Assembly: GCA_964450115.1 (NCBI GenBank)
Contig: CAYVCD010000001.1
Span: 8,410-72,409 of the forward strand
Direction of reading: 5' to 3'
Length of the DNA: 64,000 nucleotides
From: an uncultured Planctomycetia bacterium
GTDB taxonomy: Bacteria; Omnitrophota; Gorgyraeia; 2-01-FULL-45-10
Of this stretch, positions 40,728 to 51,045 are shown in pieces (position 1 is the stretch's first letter; the number at the start of each line of letters is the position of its first letter). The notes under the pieces were generated by a model. The model worked only from the letters and a program-made list of their open reading frames with translations, was not told the DNA's origin and did no database searches. Made by a program: the position numbers and the translations under genes.

Positions 40728-42160
40728 TCATGGCCTCCCCTGTAGGACTGGAGATCGGCGACAGGTACCTGAAGATGGCGGCATCGAAGCCATCGAAAGA
40801 ATCTCCGGGATCATTTCAACTCTTAGCCAAACCGATCCAGGGTCTTAAGGACGAGGATATATCGAAAGCAATAAAGGAGATCATCGAGAAGGCTGCCATT
40901 AAGACGGGCACAATAGTGATCTCGCTTCCCAGAAACCTCGTTACTATGCGCAATCTGCATCTGCCAAGCCGCGATCCGGAAGAGATATCCCAGATGATAG
41001 ACCTGCATATCAGCAGGATCGTCCCCTATAAAAAGGATGAGATAGCGTTCGACCATCTCTCTTTGCGTACGGACTCTCTCGGATATACGGCCGAAGTTCT
41101 CGCTATAGTGCATAAGGACGTCCTAAAGCGCTATCAGAGAATAGTGGAGAACGCAGGCCTTGATATCGACGGCATATTCTTGAGCACTTACGGCATATGG
41201 CAATGGACGGTCGATAAGTTCAAGAGCGAGATAAACAACCAGGACCTCTATCTTCTTCTCGATATCGATTCCACATACACGGACTTCATCATATTTAATA
41301 AAGATAATATACTCTTCAGTCGCACCCTGGCATTCGAATTAAAAGATGTTGTACCCAACTCTGAGACTAACAAACTGATGGGTGAAATAAAGCAGTCGCT
41401 CCTCATATTCCATAAGAATGAATCAATAAATAAGAAACCGTCGGCTATCTTTGTTTCGGGCTCATATGACGATAATATTATGAACGCCATCAAGAGGGAG
41501 TTCACCATTCCGGTGAATATGGTACCCGATCCGGCTACGCAGGCCTCCAGGATCAAAGATACGGTCCTTCCTAAAGATACCTCGATGACTGCGGTCACGG
41601 AGTTCATCGCTGATGATAAAGGTCAGAGGCTTTCATTCGCCTTGCCGGAGATGCTGATAAGAAGATCACTGAAGGAGAAGACGAGAGAACTCACAATACT
41701 CGGGACGACATTGATATATCTCTTTGCCGCGATAATGGCGTTCTTCTGGGGCAGGCAGTATAATCAGCAGTCCTATCTCAAGCGTATCGTGAACCGCAAT
41801 ACTCTGATAGAGCGCGACGTCGGGAGCCTGCTCGGCCAATATAAAAGGATGGCTTTTGTAAAAGATTTTCTATATAAGAGATCAGTGCCCATGCTCTTAA
41901 TGAATGAGCTCGGAAAGATGACGCCGCCCGAAATAGTACTGAACTATATATCTATAGAGAATAATGAAGCCGTGATCATAAGGGGACAGGGCCTTAAGTT
42001 ATCGGATGTATTTAAGTTCGTAACAACATTAGAGAATTCGAAATATTTCCAGGACGTATCAACCAAATCCACGCGCACAAAGAAAGTCAAGGAGAGGGAT
42101 ATCACGGATTTTGAGATAAATTTCGCGATCTCGCTGGGGAAAAATGATAAAAATAAATAA
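40724..42160 (+). CDS. GspL-like protein (PilM actin-like + TM + PilN fusion)
   Basis: GLEIG, LLLDID, FVSG actin-fold motifs; TM; L....P..I.L...LENS.YF PilN-like domain. Confidence 0.8.
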   Translation: MIMASPVGLEIGDRYLKMAASKPSKESPGSFQLLAKPIQGLKDEDISKAIKEIIEKAAIKTGTIVISLPRNLVTMRNLHLPSRDPEEISQMIDLHISRIVPYKKDEIAFDHLSLRTDSLGYTAEVLAIVHKDVLKRYQRIVENAGLDIDGIFLSTYGIWQWTVDKFKSEINNQDLYLLLDIDSTYTDFIIFNKDNILFSRTLAFELKDVVPNSETNKLMGEIKQSLLIFHKNESINKKPSAIFVSGSYDDNIMNAIKREFTIPVNMVPDPATQASRIKDTVLPKDTSMTAVTEFIADDKGQRLSFALPEMLIRRSLKEKTRELTILGTTLIYLFAAIMAFFWGRQYNQQSYLKRIVNRNTLIERDVGSLLGQYKRMAFVKDFLYKRSVPMLLMNELGKMTPPEIVLNYISIENNEAVIIRGQGLKLSDVFKFVTTLENSKYFQDVSTKSTRTKKVKERDITDFEINFAISLGKNDKNK

Positions 42161-42683
42161 GAGAGAGAAGATCCTGGCGTATGCCATCGGCGGGCTGATA
42201 GCCATATTTTTGATAGAGCATTTTCTCTTCTCCGGCATACGCGGAAAATCGAAGGGCGTATCGCAACAGATAAGGATAGAGGAGTCACGCCTGCAGGCCG
42301 GTCTCGATATTCAGAAGCGCAAAGATAAGATAACCGCAGAGTATAAGGAGCTGAAGCCATACCTGGAAAAATCGGAAGGTATCTCCGACAGGGAGATATT
42401 CGCAAAGTTCCTTAAGGAAGCGGAGAGGGTGGCTCAGGAGGCGGGGGTCTCCATAGTGAGCTTAAGTCCCCAGAATGAGACGCTTGATGAGCCTGAAGAC
42501 GTAAAATATAATGCCGATCTGCGCGCTGAGGGTAGCCTCGCCCAGGTGCTTGGCCTTATGGATAAGATACAGAAGAGCACCCTTCTCATAAAGCTTGATA
42601 AGATGAGCTTGTCTTCCAAGGACGAGCAGGCAGGAACAATGAAGATAGAGGCCGTATTAAGCCTTGTCGTACCCAAACCTTAA
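42144..42683 (+). CDS. GspM/PilO-like protein
   Basis: REK.L + TM + coiled coil + ferredoxin-like C-domain; follows GspL. Confidence 0.78.
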   Translation: MIKINKREKILAYAIGGLIAIFLIEHFLFSGIRGKSKGVSQQIRIEESRLQAGLDIQKRKDKITAEYKELKPYLEKSEGISDREIFAKFLKEAERVAQEAGVSIVSLSPQNETLDEPEDVKYNADLRAEGSLAQVLGLMDKIQKSTLLIKLDKMSLSSKDEQAGTMKIEAVLSLVVPKP

Positions 42684-42690
42684 GACCGAT

Positions 42691-43092
42691 TTGTATAAAA
42701 GATCCGCGTTTTCCATGATCGAGCTGATGGTGGCAGTTTCCGTGCTATCGATAGGAGTTATTTTGATAGCTCGATCATTCCTTTCCGCCTCAGGTGCCTT
42801 ATCAAGCTGTGAAAGCAGGATAGTGGCATTAAACTTTCTTGAAAGTAAGATGGCCGAAGTCGAAGAGAAGGCGCTGAACGGCGACGATGATCTAGCCGGC
42901 CCCGGCGAATCGGTGTCGATAAACGGAAGGAAGGCCGATTTTAGTTCCAGCTCACAGGAGATTAAGATAGGCAAAGACGAGGATAAGCTGTTTATCAATG
43001 AGGTAATGCTGAAAGTAAGCTGGCGTGAAGCCAATAGGCCTTATGACGAAGAACTGGGGACGTATGTTGAGATCGGGAAGAATGAAAAGTAA
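42691..43092 (+). CDS. Minor pseudopilin (GspI-like); start approximate
   Basis: RSA-FSMIELMVA type III signal. Confidence 0.78.
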   Translation: MYKRSAFSMIELMVAVSVLSIGVILIARSFLSASGALSSCESRIVALNFLESKMAEVEEKALNGDDDLAGPGESVSINGRKADFSSSSQEIKIGKDEDKLFINEVMLKVSWREANRPYDEELGTYVEIGKNEK

Positions 43093-43645
43093 ACGCTCTA
43101 AAAAGGCCTTCACGCTGGTGGAAGTGATCCTCGCCATAACTATATTTTCATTCATAGCCGTCGGCATATCCACTAGCTTCTTCTCCGGGATAAAACTTTG
43201 GGGCCGCGCCATAAGCACAGATTCCTGGCGTAATGACATATTGCTCGGCTTTGAATCGATAGCCGCTGCTTTAAGACAGACGGTCGACATACCTGATATA
43301 GGATATTCCGGGGACGAAAAATCCATATCGTTTCTTACCATCTCCGGAAATAATATTATAAGGGAATCGTACTCTTTTGACGCACAGAAGAAAGCCCTCA
43401 CAAAAAGCAAGACTAAATTGAAGGATATATCGGAGAACGACAAAGGCGGACAAGCGGCCGGCATACCCTTTCTCTCTTTAGATGAATTTTCGATACGGTA
43501 CCTTTACAGGGACCATTTGAAAAATACCTCCCAGTGGAGGGACGAATGGAAGAAGGAAGACGGCATATTTGCCGCCGTACAGTTTACAGCCAAAACACAC
43601 AATGAAGAATTCAACAAGACGGTATTCATACCTATCGCCGAATAG
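43082..43645 (+). CDS. Minor pseudopilin (GspJ-like)
   Basis: KKA-FTLVEVILA type III signal. Confidence 0.8.
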   Translation: MKSKRSKKAFTLVEVILAITIFSFIAVGISTSFFSGIKLWGRAISTDSWRNDILLGFESIAAALRQTVDIPDIGYSGDEKSISFLTISGNNIIRESYSFDAQKKALTKSKTKLKDISENDKGGQAAGIPFLSLDEFSIRYLYRDHLKNTSQWRDEWKKEDGIFAAVQFTAKTHNEEFNKTVFIPIAE

Positions 43646-44459
43646 AGGGAGCATCCTCATAGTCACTATGTGGGTGCTGATATGTTTCTCTATTCTTAGC
43701 ATCGGATTATACAGGGTCGTCTCTTCGCGCATAAAGGTCACCCAGGTGATGACTAACAGGATCACAGGGCAGTACCTGGCCAAGGCGGCGTGCGCCTATT
43801 TTAAGGCGATAAAAAAAAGTGACGCGACGCCATCTGACACATTGGCCGAACTTAACACGGCCCAGGAGCGGGAAATGGGCAACGGAAAATTTAAATATAT
43901 CCTTAGGGACGAGAAGAGCAAAATAAATATGAATAGAGCATCCATAGAGATGATCTCCCGCCTCCCGGACTTCAGCAAAGATACGGCAACTGATATAGTT
44001 GTATCAAAGTTAAAACCGTTTAAGGCCATAGAGCAGCTGTTGCTTATTGACGGCGTGAATGAGGCTATGCTCGATAAATGCAGGGGCCTCATAACCGTAT
44101 ATGGCGACGGGAGCGTAAATATCAATACAGCATCTGCTGAGGCTTTTAAAGTGCTCGGGCTTGATGAAGGCCTTGTGGATATCATAATCGCCTTTCGAAG
44201 AGGATCCGATGGCAAAGAAGGCACTGCCGATGACGTGGCTTTTGATAATAAGTCCGGGATCATAGAGTACCTGCGCTCCAAGACCTCTTTATATGAGGAG
44301 CAGGAGGCGAAATTGCTTCAGTTGACGAGCCAGGATATGCTTTCCACGAGCTCGGACACTTTTACGCTGGATATAGAAACAACAGTTCTCGAAAAGCCCG
44401 CGATGCGGTATAATATTGTAATGGAGAAGGATAAGATCAAGCGCTGGACCGAGATATAG
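43602..44459 (+). CDS. gspK: Minor pseudopilin GspK
   Basis: RG-SILIVTMW (no E5), DE.SKIN.N, VNINTAS motifs. Confidence 0.85.
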   Translation: MKNSTRRYSYLSPNRGSILIVTMWVLICFSILSIGLYRVVSSRIKVTQVMTNRITGQYLAKAACAYFKAIKKSDATPSDTLAELNTAQEREMGNGKFKYILRDEKSKINMNRASIEMISRLPDFSKDTATDIVVSKLKPFKAIEQLLLIDGVNEAMLDKCRGLITVYGDGSVNINTASAEAFKVLGLDEGLVDIIIAFRRGSDGKEGTADDVAFDNKSGIIEYLRSKTSLYEEQEAKLLQLTSQDMLSTSSDTFTLDIETTVLEKPAMRYNIVMEKDKIKRWTEI

Positions 44460-44483
44460 AAAAAAAGAGAAAGGGCTAATGCC

Positions 44484-44906
44484 ATGATCAAAAGAATAAT
44501 TCACAGAAAAGGTTTCACTCTCATAGAGCTGATGCTTGTGGTTATCATCATAGGCATACTCGTCGCCATGATAGTGCCCAGGATGGCTGGCAGGTCTGAG
44601 CAGGCGCGCGTAGCCGTCTCCCAGGCCGACGTAGACCTGAATATAGCCACGGCGCTTAAACTTTATGAGCTCGACAACGGATCATTTCCCACGACCGATG
44701 AGGGGCTAAACGCATTATTGTCTGCTCCATCTACGGCAAAGCGCTGGAAAGGCCCGTATCTCGATAAGGCTCCGGTAGATCCATGGAGTAACCCGTATAA
44801 ATACAGATCGCCCGGCACTCACCGTACTGATTATGATCTCTACTCTCTCGGCAAGGACGGCACCGAAAGCTCCGATGACGTCACCAACTGGCAACAACAG
44901 CAGTAA
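44484..44906 (+). CDS. gspG: Major pseudopilin GspG
   Basis: KG-FTLIELMLV, ALKLY.LDNG.FPT..EGL.AL, W.GPYL, DPW.NPY.Y, LYSLG.DG. Confidence 0.95.
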   Translation: MIKRIIHRKGFTLIELMLVVIIIGILVAMIVPRMAGRSEQARVAVSQADVDLNIATALKLYELDNGSFPTTDEGLNALLSAPSTAKRWKGPYLDKAPVDPWSNPYKYRSPGTHRTDYDLYSLGKDGTESSDDVTNWQQQQ

Positions 44907-44927
44907 TAAATAGGAGATCATATATCC

Positions 44928-46286
44928 ATGCATGACACAAAAGTAAATCTATCCGAAAAAGATATTCCGCAGAGCTGGTATAATGTCGCGGCGGATCTGC
45001 CATTTGAGCTGCCGCCGCCCATAAATCCTGGGACCGGAAAGCCCCTGGCAAAGGACGACCTGCGCGCCATATTTCCTTTGGCCCTGATAGAGCAGGAGAT
45101 GAGCCGTAAGCGATGGATAGATATACCGAACGAAGTAAGGGACATATTGAAGATATGGCGGCCGACGCCACTAAAGAGGGCGCTACGTCTGGAGAAAGCG
45201 TTAAAGACCAAGTCGAGAATATACTATAAAGACGAGTCCGTTTCTCCGACGGGAAGCCACAAGACTAACACCGCCATAGCCCAAGCCTACTATAATAAGA
45301 AAGAGGGCATAAAACGGATCACCACCGAGACCGGAGCCGGGCAGTGGGGATGCGCATTAAGCTATGCATGCAATGTATTCAATTTAGGATGCCGAGTCTA
45401 TATGGTCAAGGTGAGCTTTCACCAGAAGCCTTTAAGAAAATCACTTATGCATATATGGGGCTCAGAAGTCATAGCGTCACCTTCCGAATTTACAGAAAGC
45501 GGCAGGCAGATGTTGAAGCAGGATCCGCATTGCCAGGGCTCACTCGGCATGGCGATATCGGAGGCTGTCGAAGAGGCCGCGAAGAACAAAGAGGCCAATT
45601 ACGCTTTGGGCAGCGTGCTCAACCATGTTCTCCTGCACCAGACAGTTATAGGGCTGGAGACGAAGAAGCAGCTGAAGATAATGGGCGAGAAGAGGCCCGA
45701 TTATCTGATCGCCTGCGTTGGCGGAGGAAGTAATTTCGGGGGCTTCGCGTTCCCGTTCGTTAAAGACAGGATAAAGGATAGCAGGATAAAGATAGTGGCG
45801 GTCGAGCCATCCGCATGCCCAAGCCTAACGAAGGGCGTATATGCCTACGATCACGGTGATACCGCTTCGCTTACGCCTCTATTAAAGATGTTTACGCTTG
45901 GCCACACATTCATGCCGCCCGGTATCCATGCCGGCGGTCTACGTTATCACGGCTGTTCTCCGCTTGTAAGCGCCATAGCGGCGAAGGGCTTGATCGAATC
46001 TAAATCCTACCATCAGCTCGAGGTATTTAAAGCCGCTGTGCTATTCGCGAAGACAGAAGGCATGGTGCCGGCACCTGAGACCGCGCATGCCATTAAATGC
46101 GCTATCGATATGGCCACAAAGGACAAGAAGGAGAAGTGCGTCGTCTTCAATTTTAGCGGTCACGGCTTTCTCGATCTATCGGCATATGACAGGTTCTATA
46201 GCGGAGAGCTCAAGAACTATGCCTATCCAGCTCACCAGATAAAGAAGGCCTTAAAGAGCCTTCCCAAAGTCTTCTCACCTAAGTAA
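44928..46286 (+). CDS. trpB2: Tryptophan synthase beta, TrpB2 type
   Basis: [49 protein letters not shown]. Confidence 0.93.
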   Translation: MHDTKVNLSEKDIPQSWYNVAADLPFELPPPINPGTGKPLAKDDLRAIFPLALIEQEMSRKRWIDIPNEVRDILKIWRPTPLKRALRLEKALKTKSRIYYKDESVSPTGSHKTNTAIAQAYYNKKEGIKRITTETGAGQWGCALSYACNVFNLGCRVYMVKVSFHQKPLRKSLMHIWGSEVIASPSEFTESGRQMLKQDPHCQGSLGMAISEAVEEAAKNKEANYALGSVLNHVLLHQTVIGLETKKQLKIMGEKRPDYLIACVGGGSNFGGFAFPFVKDRIKDSRIKIVAVEPSACPSLTKGVYAYDHGDTASLTPLLKMFTLGHTFMPPGIHAGGLRYHGCSPLVSAIAAKGLIESKSYHQLEVFKAAVLFAKTEGMVPAPETAHAIKCAIDMATKDKKEKCVVFNFSGHGFLDLSAYDRFYSGELKNYAYPAHQIKKALKSLPKVFSPK

Positions 46287-46362
46287 AAGTGGTTAATCCC
46301 AGTCACCATTAGCATGGAATTTTGCAAAAATGTTAAGGAATAAAATAGATAGCTATTGAGTG

Positions 46363-46390
46363 TTGACATCAGGCTGTTTTAATGTATAAT
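46363..46390 (+). promoter_or_regulatory. Consensus sigma70 promoter
   Basis: TTGACA-16nt-TATAAT, followed by an AGGAG RBS. Confidence 0.75.
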
Positions 46391-46431
46391 CTATATACAT
46401 TTAAGAAAACAGAAAGATAGGAGAAACTCAA

Positions 46432-49400
46432 GTGAATTCAGACGTGAGCACTTGTGTTGCGACAAACACATCTATTATTAAGAATAAGCCATTTAGGGTA
46501 ATGGTCATCGCCATTACTTTGATGGCTTTTTTTGTCAATATATTTGCCTACGAACTGGCTTCCGCAGCGCCTGTCATAACAGCTCAGGCATTTAAGAGCC
46601 TAAGTCCCGATACATTCTCCTTGCCCAAAGACCTTGGCGATATAAAGGATTCCTGGGCCCCCTCAAAACAGAGTCTAAAGAATACCATTATCCACATCCA
46701 GGATGCCCATTGTAATTACGCCGCTCAAGCCAAGATAGCCCAGATCGTTGGGTATCTGAATTCAAGCTATGGCATCGATACGATCAATCTTGAAGGCGGA
46801 GCGGGGGATTACGACCTTTCCGCGTTTTCGGCTATTCAAGAGAAGGATAAGCGCGACAAGGCTGCCGACCATTTCGTTAAAGAAGGCCTAGTCAACGGCT
46901 CGGAGCTATTTGCGATAAATAACCCGGATAAAGTAAAGCTGTGGGGCATAGAGGACACTAAACTTTATGTTGAGAACCTATCAGTCTACAGGAACTCCCT
47001 CAAGAATAAGGACCGGATCGATAAGGTTCTTAAGTCTATCAGTTATATGTTGACCAACCTCAAAATGCATATCTACTCAAAAGAGCTTCTTGAGTTTGAT
47101 ACAAAATACGTCCAATACAAGGCGGGCTCTCTCGACTTCAAAGAGTATCTGATATATATAATAGGTAAGGCAAAAGAGAAAGCGGTGGGCTTGGACCAGT
47201 TCAAAGATATATCGCTCTTGAAACAGACCTTCGTTGAGGAGAAGAATATTGACTTCAAGAAGGCGAACGTTCAAAGAGATCAGCTTATAGACAAACTGCA
47301 GAAAGAGCTCTCTAAAGATGAGGTAAGCGAGCTGGTCTCTAGGGCTCTTGAATTCAGGTCCGATAAGCTATCGGAAGGAGATTTTTATAAGTATCTTGCT
47401 AAAAAGTCAAAGACGGTAGAAATAGACCTGGGTGCCTTCCCGGAGCTAAAAAAATATATCGCATACACCGCAACATATGCCGCCATAGATAAAGTAAGGA
47501 TAATGGAAGAGGTAGAGAATCTTGAGAATAGATTAAAGGAAATCTTGTGTGGCAGCGAGAAGGAGAGGGACCTGATACTTCTATCCAAGAACCTTATCCT
47601 CACAAAGAACATATTCAATATCTCAATTACGCCGGACGATCATAAGTACTATAAAAAGAATGTGGATGAATTCAGTACCGATAAATATGTTACTTTTATA
47701 AAGAGAGAAGCTTTGCTATATAAGATCACCACAAAGCTTGACGAAAATATAAGCTCTCTCGATGATGACCGCGAGGAGATGGCCAGTTTCTATGAATGTT
47801 CGTTCAAACGCGATGCCGCATTTATCAAGAACATAAAATGCAACAAGGCGGCTATAGTTGTAACCGGAGGGTTCCATACTGAAAATCTAAAGGCCCTATT
47901 TAAAAAGAATAATATTGCCTATGTTTCCATTATGCCTAATTTCAAAAACCGCAACGGTTACGAATCGCCGTACTACAAGCTGTTATCAGGCGAAAATAGC
48001 CTTGATGTAAAAGACGCGCTGCCATCGGTCATAAATAAAACATTAGCAATTGCATCACCGCAAAATAGAGCTATTACTGATGAGATTGCCGCAGCAGGCC
48101 TATCAGCCGGTATATCCGAAAGAATACCCGAAGAAAAAATCGCGCCTAAGAATATGATGAAGATCGCTTTCTGGAAGACTTTATTGGCTGTGGCGCTTGG
48201 CTGGAGCGCAGCGTATCTGGCCGGCCAGGTGGTCGTTATGGATCTCCAAATTAAGGCGGTGATTTCAGGGGTAGCAACCGGATTTTTAACCTGGGTCTTT
48301 CATTCGCACCATAGGTCAAACCGCAATGACCGAAAAGTTATAGGGCTCTCGGTAGGCGCGGCTGTTGTTGCGGAAACCCTGACAGCCGGGTTGATTTACG
48401 TCTCATTGTTATCTCTGTATATATTACGGATTGCGCACGTTGCGATCAACAAGGCGATATATAATTATGTCCAGGAGATACAGCGTGGAAGGAACGTCTC
48501 CTGCGGCACGATATGCGAGGCGGGACACCAGGAGCTGCTTGATGTCCAATTAAGATTGTATTATCAGGGATTGATCAATGGCGTGGCCGGAAAAGATTCT
48601 GTCAGCGAAGATATATTAAGCGAGAAGGCGGCGCTGAACGCGCTGAAACTTTCCGACAAACTGATAGACTACGGAACTTCAAAAGAACAATTGGAGGAGA
48701 TCGTAGAGTATATACACAAAAAAAGCGGCATACCCGATGACGTATCTATTTTATTCGCGATCCCTCCCGATGGAAACAATCTCTGGTATATCGATAACCC
48801 GGACAGGCCCGGAGAAAGGCTCTACGCCGGTGGCCACTTCAATCAAAAAGCAACACGTATTCATATTTCCTTGCCATTAATATTATCTCAAGAATACCCG
48901 CAAGAGGCTGCCTATGCCATAGCCATGCACGAATATCAGCACATACAGGTAATAAGAGACGAGCTCCGGGAAGAAATTAGCCACGATCCGGCGGAAGATG
49001 AAGGAATGAGGATCGTAACTGCCGCCGCCATAAAGGAGCTGGGGTATGGTGGATTAATAACTATGGGCCTTGATGAATTGTTCATAAATAATATGATTCG
49101 CTCGGGCTCGTTTAATAGAGAGATGGCTTACATATCGATGCAAGGCGCCCTGACGTCATTATTTTCAGACTATGATAAAGCGGGAGAATTTGTGGATATA
49201 ATGAAAGAATTTGAGAGGCTGGGGATATTTGATCCTTCAAATGAAGTCGACCTTGAGAATATGGCCGCAGCCGCTATAGGCTTATTAAAAACCGGCATAA
49301 TGGCGGTCTACATCCGCGGAGGCAAAACGTATTATCTGGTTCGGGTAAAAACGGATGAGTATGCGGCGAATTTCGATCTCGACAGGCAAGTAGGAAGGTG

Positions 49401-50799
49401 GGGCGGAAAACCTGTGTTTTTGAATGAGAGTGCAGGTGGCGAGGGAGATGGCCTGAGAGAACTCACCGGAGTCGATGAGGATGAGGGCGATGACAGGGCA
49501 GTCCCCGTAGAAATAACCGGCAGCGGGCAGATCAGGACAATACGTAACCCTGCGAATGGAGATATTATACCTATTGATGAAAGGCGGGTAATGCTTTTAT
49601 CGGATGATGGAGAAATGGATTACAGAATAGAGATAAATGAAAGAGACCGTATATTTGCGCTTAACAACCCAAAAAACAGGTACGTGATCGCCAAGGTTGC
49701 CGGAAGGCCTGGGGATCCTCTGTATCTACATTCCGTAACGGAAAACGGTATTACGGAAGAGGTATCTTATCAGCCTTATAACGGTAGGTTCTTATTTTGG
49801 GTATGTGAAATTTCACCGGGGACCTACAAGGTCCTTCCATACAAGCAGGTCTCAGAAGATGTAACCGCGCCTAAGCCCATATTGGCGTGGGTAACTTATA
49901 AAGACGGCGTGGTGGGCGATGTGACGAGGATAGACCGCCAGCCGCCGGACGGAGGCAGGGATTATACGCAGTGGGTCGCTGAATTCAGGGATGCAACAGA
50001 ACCGATAACAGCGCAGTCTCTTGTGCTGCGCACCGAGGGCAGCGGCACGCGCGATCTCGATATCGCCAATATCAGAAGAGCCATGCAAGAAGTCGGCGAG
50101 AAGAGGACCGATATTCTGGATGTTCTAAAAGAATTTAACCGGTTGATTGATATGAAAAAGAATGGGGAGCTATTAGGGGCGCTTTTGAAGTTCCTGACCG
50201 CGGTGAGGGCGCCACAGGAGCCGAGGGTATTCTTCATACCGCGCGATGAAAGTAATAAGGCTATATATGACGGCACAAAGAGCGATATAAAATATGCACT
50301 CGAGAAAGAAGGATTTAAGAATATAGGGATCGTCTTTTACGATGGCACACAAAAAGACCTCGACAATGCTTATGGCAGACAGCTTGCTAATTATAAGTCC
50401 GTGTTAAATATGCCCGGAGCGCTCGCGCTGGCGTATGTCGATTCCGGTATGGTTGATGAAGCCACATTTAATAAGCACAACGAAGATAACGCGTCCTACA
50501 AATGGATGCGTGAAAATATTCCCCAAGGTGTTTCAGCTAATGAACTATTCATGCATGTAGCATTCGGTCTGCCGGTCCTTGACTTCGCGAAAAATTCTAC
50601 AGACGCAGACCATAAACAGAAGCTTCTCGATATAATAGAGAGGATGGTAGACAGCGACTCCGTAAATATTGATCTGCTGAAATCGGATCCGAATAGCATA
50701 TTCACTTTCGCATTTATATTGGTACTACAGAAGCTCGATATAGATAAAGATATGCGCGAAAGAGAGCTTTCGCTCAAAGAGATATTGACTGCCGCATAA
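46432..50799 (+). CDS. Large exported protein: HIQDAH...GGFH N-domain, internal TM segments, HEYQH motif
   Basis: N-terminal ~500 aa collinear with 51046-53889; hydrophobic helices near aa 575-670; HExxH. Confidence 0.8.
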   Translation: MNSDVSTCVATNTSIIKNKPFRVMVIAITLMAFFVNIFAYELASAAPVITAQAFKSLSPDTFSLPKDLGDIKDSWAPSKQSLKNTIIHIQDAHCNYAAQAKIAQIVGYLNSSYGIDTINLEGGAGDYDLSAFSAIQEKDKRDKAADHFVKEGLVNGSELFAINNPDKVKLWGIEDTKLYVENLSVYRNSLKNKDRIDKVLKSISYMLTNLKMHIYSKELLEFDTKYVQYKAGSLDFKEYLIYIIGKAKEKAVGLDQFKDISLLKQTFVEEKNIDFKKANVQRDQLIDKLQKELSKDEVSELVSRALEFRSDKLSEGDFYKYLAKKSKTVEIDLGAFPELKKYIAYTATYAAIDKVRIMEEVENLENRLKEILCGSEKERDLILLSKNLILTKNIFNISITPDDHKYYKKNVDEFSTDKYVTFIKREALLYKITTKLDENISSLDDDREEMASFYECSFKRDAAFIKNIKCNKAAIVVTGGFHTENLKALFKKNNIAYVSIMPNFKNRNGYESPYYKLLSGENSLDVKDALPSVINKTLAIASPQNRAITDEIAAAGLSAGISERIPEEKIAPKNMMKIAFWKTLLAVALGWSAAYLAGQVVVMDLQIKAVISGVATGFLTWVFHSHHRSNRNDRKVIGLSVGAAVVAETLTAGLIYVSLLSLYILRIAHVAINKAIYNYVQEIQRGRNVSCGTICEAGHQELLDVQLRLYYQGLINGVAGKDSVSEDILSEKAALNALKLSDKLIDYGTSKEQLEEIVEYIHKKSGIPDDVSILFAIPPDGNNLWYIDNPDRPGERLYAGGHFNQKATRIHISLPLILSQEYPQEAAYAIAMHEYQHIQVIRDELREEISHDPAEDEGMRIVTAAAIKELGYGGLITMGLDELFINNMIRSGSFNREMAYISMQGALTSLFSDYDKAGEFVDIMKEFERLGIFDPSNEVDLENMAAAAIGLLKTGIMAVYIRGGKTYYLVRVKTDEYAANFDLDRQVGRWGGKPVFLNESAGGEGDGLRELTGVDEDEGDDRAVPVEITGSGQIRTIRNPANGDIIPIDERRVMLLSDDGEMDYRIEINERDRIFALNNPKNRYVIAKVAGRPGDPLYLHSVTENGITEEVSYQPYNGRFLFWVCEISPGTYKVLPYKQVSEDVTAPKPILAWVTYKDGVVGDVTRIDRQPPDGGRDYTQWVAEFRDATEPITAQSLVLRTEGSGTRDLDIANIRRAMQEVGEKRTDILDVLKEFNRLIDMKKNGELLGALLKFLTAVRAPQEPRVFFIPRDESNKAIYDGTKSDIKYALEKEGFKNIGIVFYDGTQKDLDNAYGRQLANYKSVLNMPGALALAYVDSGMVDEATFNKHNEDNASYKWMRENIPQGVSANELFMHVAFGLPVLDFAKNSTDADHKQKLLDIIERMVDSDSVNIDLLKSDPNSIFTFAFILVLQKLDIDKDMRERELSLKEILTAA

Positions 50800-50805
50800 G
50801 ATTTG

Positions 50806-50874
50806 ACCGGATCGTCGGAACGCCCTTTAAGGGTCTCACGTCCCCTTAAATAAGAGCCGGCGGTCCGGTTTTTT
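50806..50874 (+). terminator. Probable intrinsic terminator
   Basis: accggatcgtcgg / ccggcggtccggt stem with inner tttaaggg/cccttaaa, followed by a T tract. Confidence 0.65.
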
Positions 50875-51045
50875 AATAAAATTATCCATATTTAGGCTCA
50901 ATTGTTAGCATATAAAAAAGCAAGCTTCCCTATGAGCTAATCCTATGGTATACTATATAGTGAAGAGAAAGGTGTTTTTTTTCGGGCCACTTTGTAAGAA
51001 ATTTTAAAAAGTGGTGTAATTCAACCAGATAGAAGGATGTGTTAG

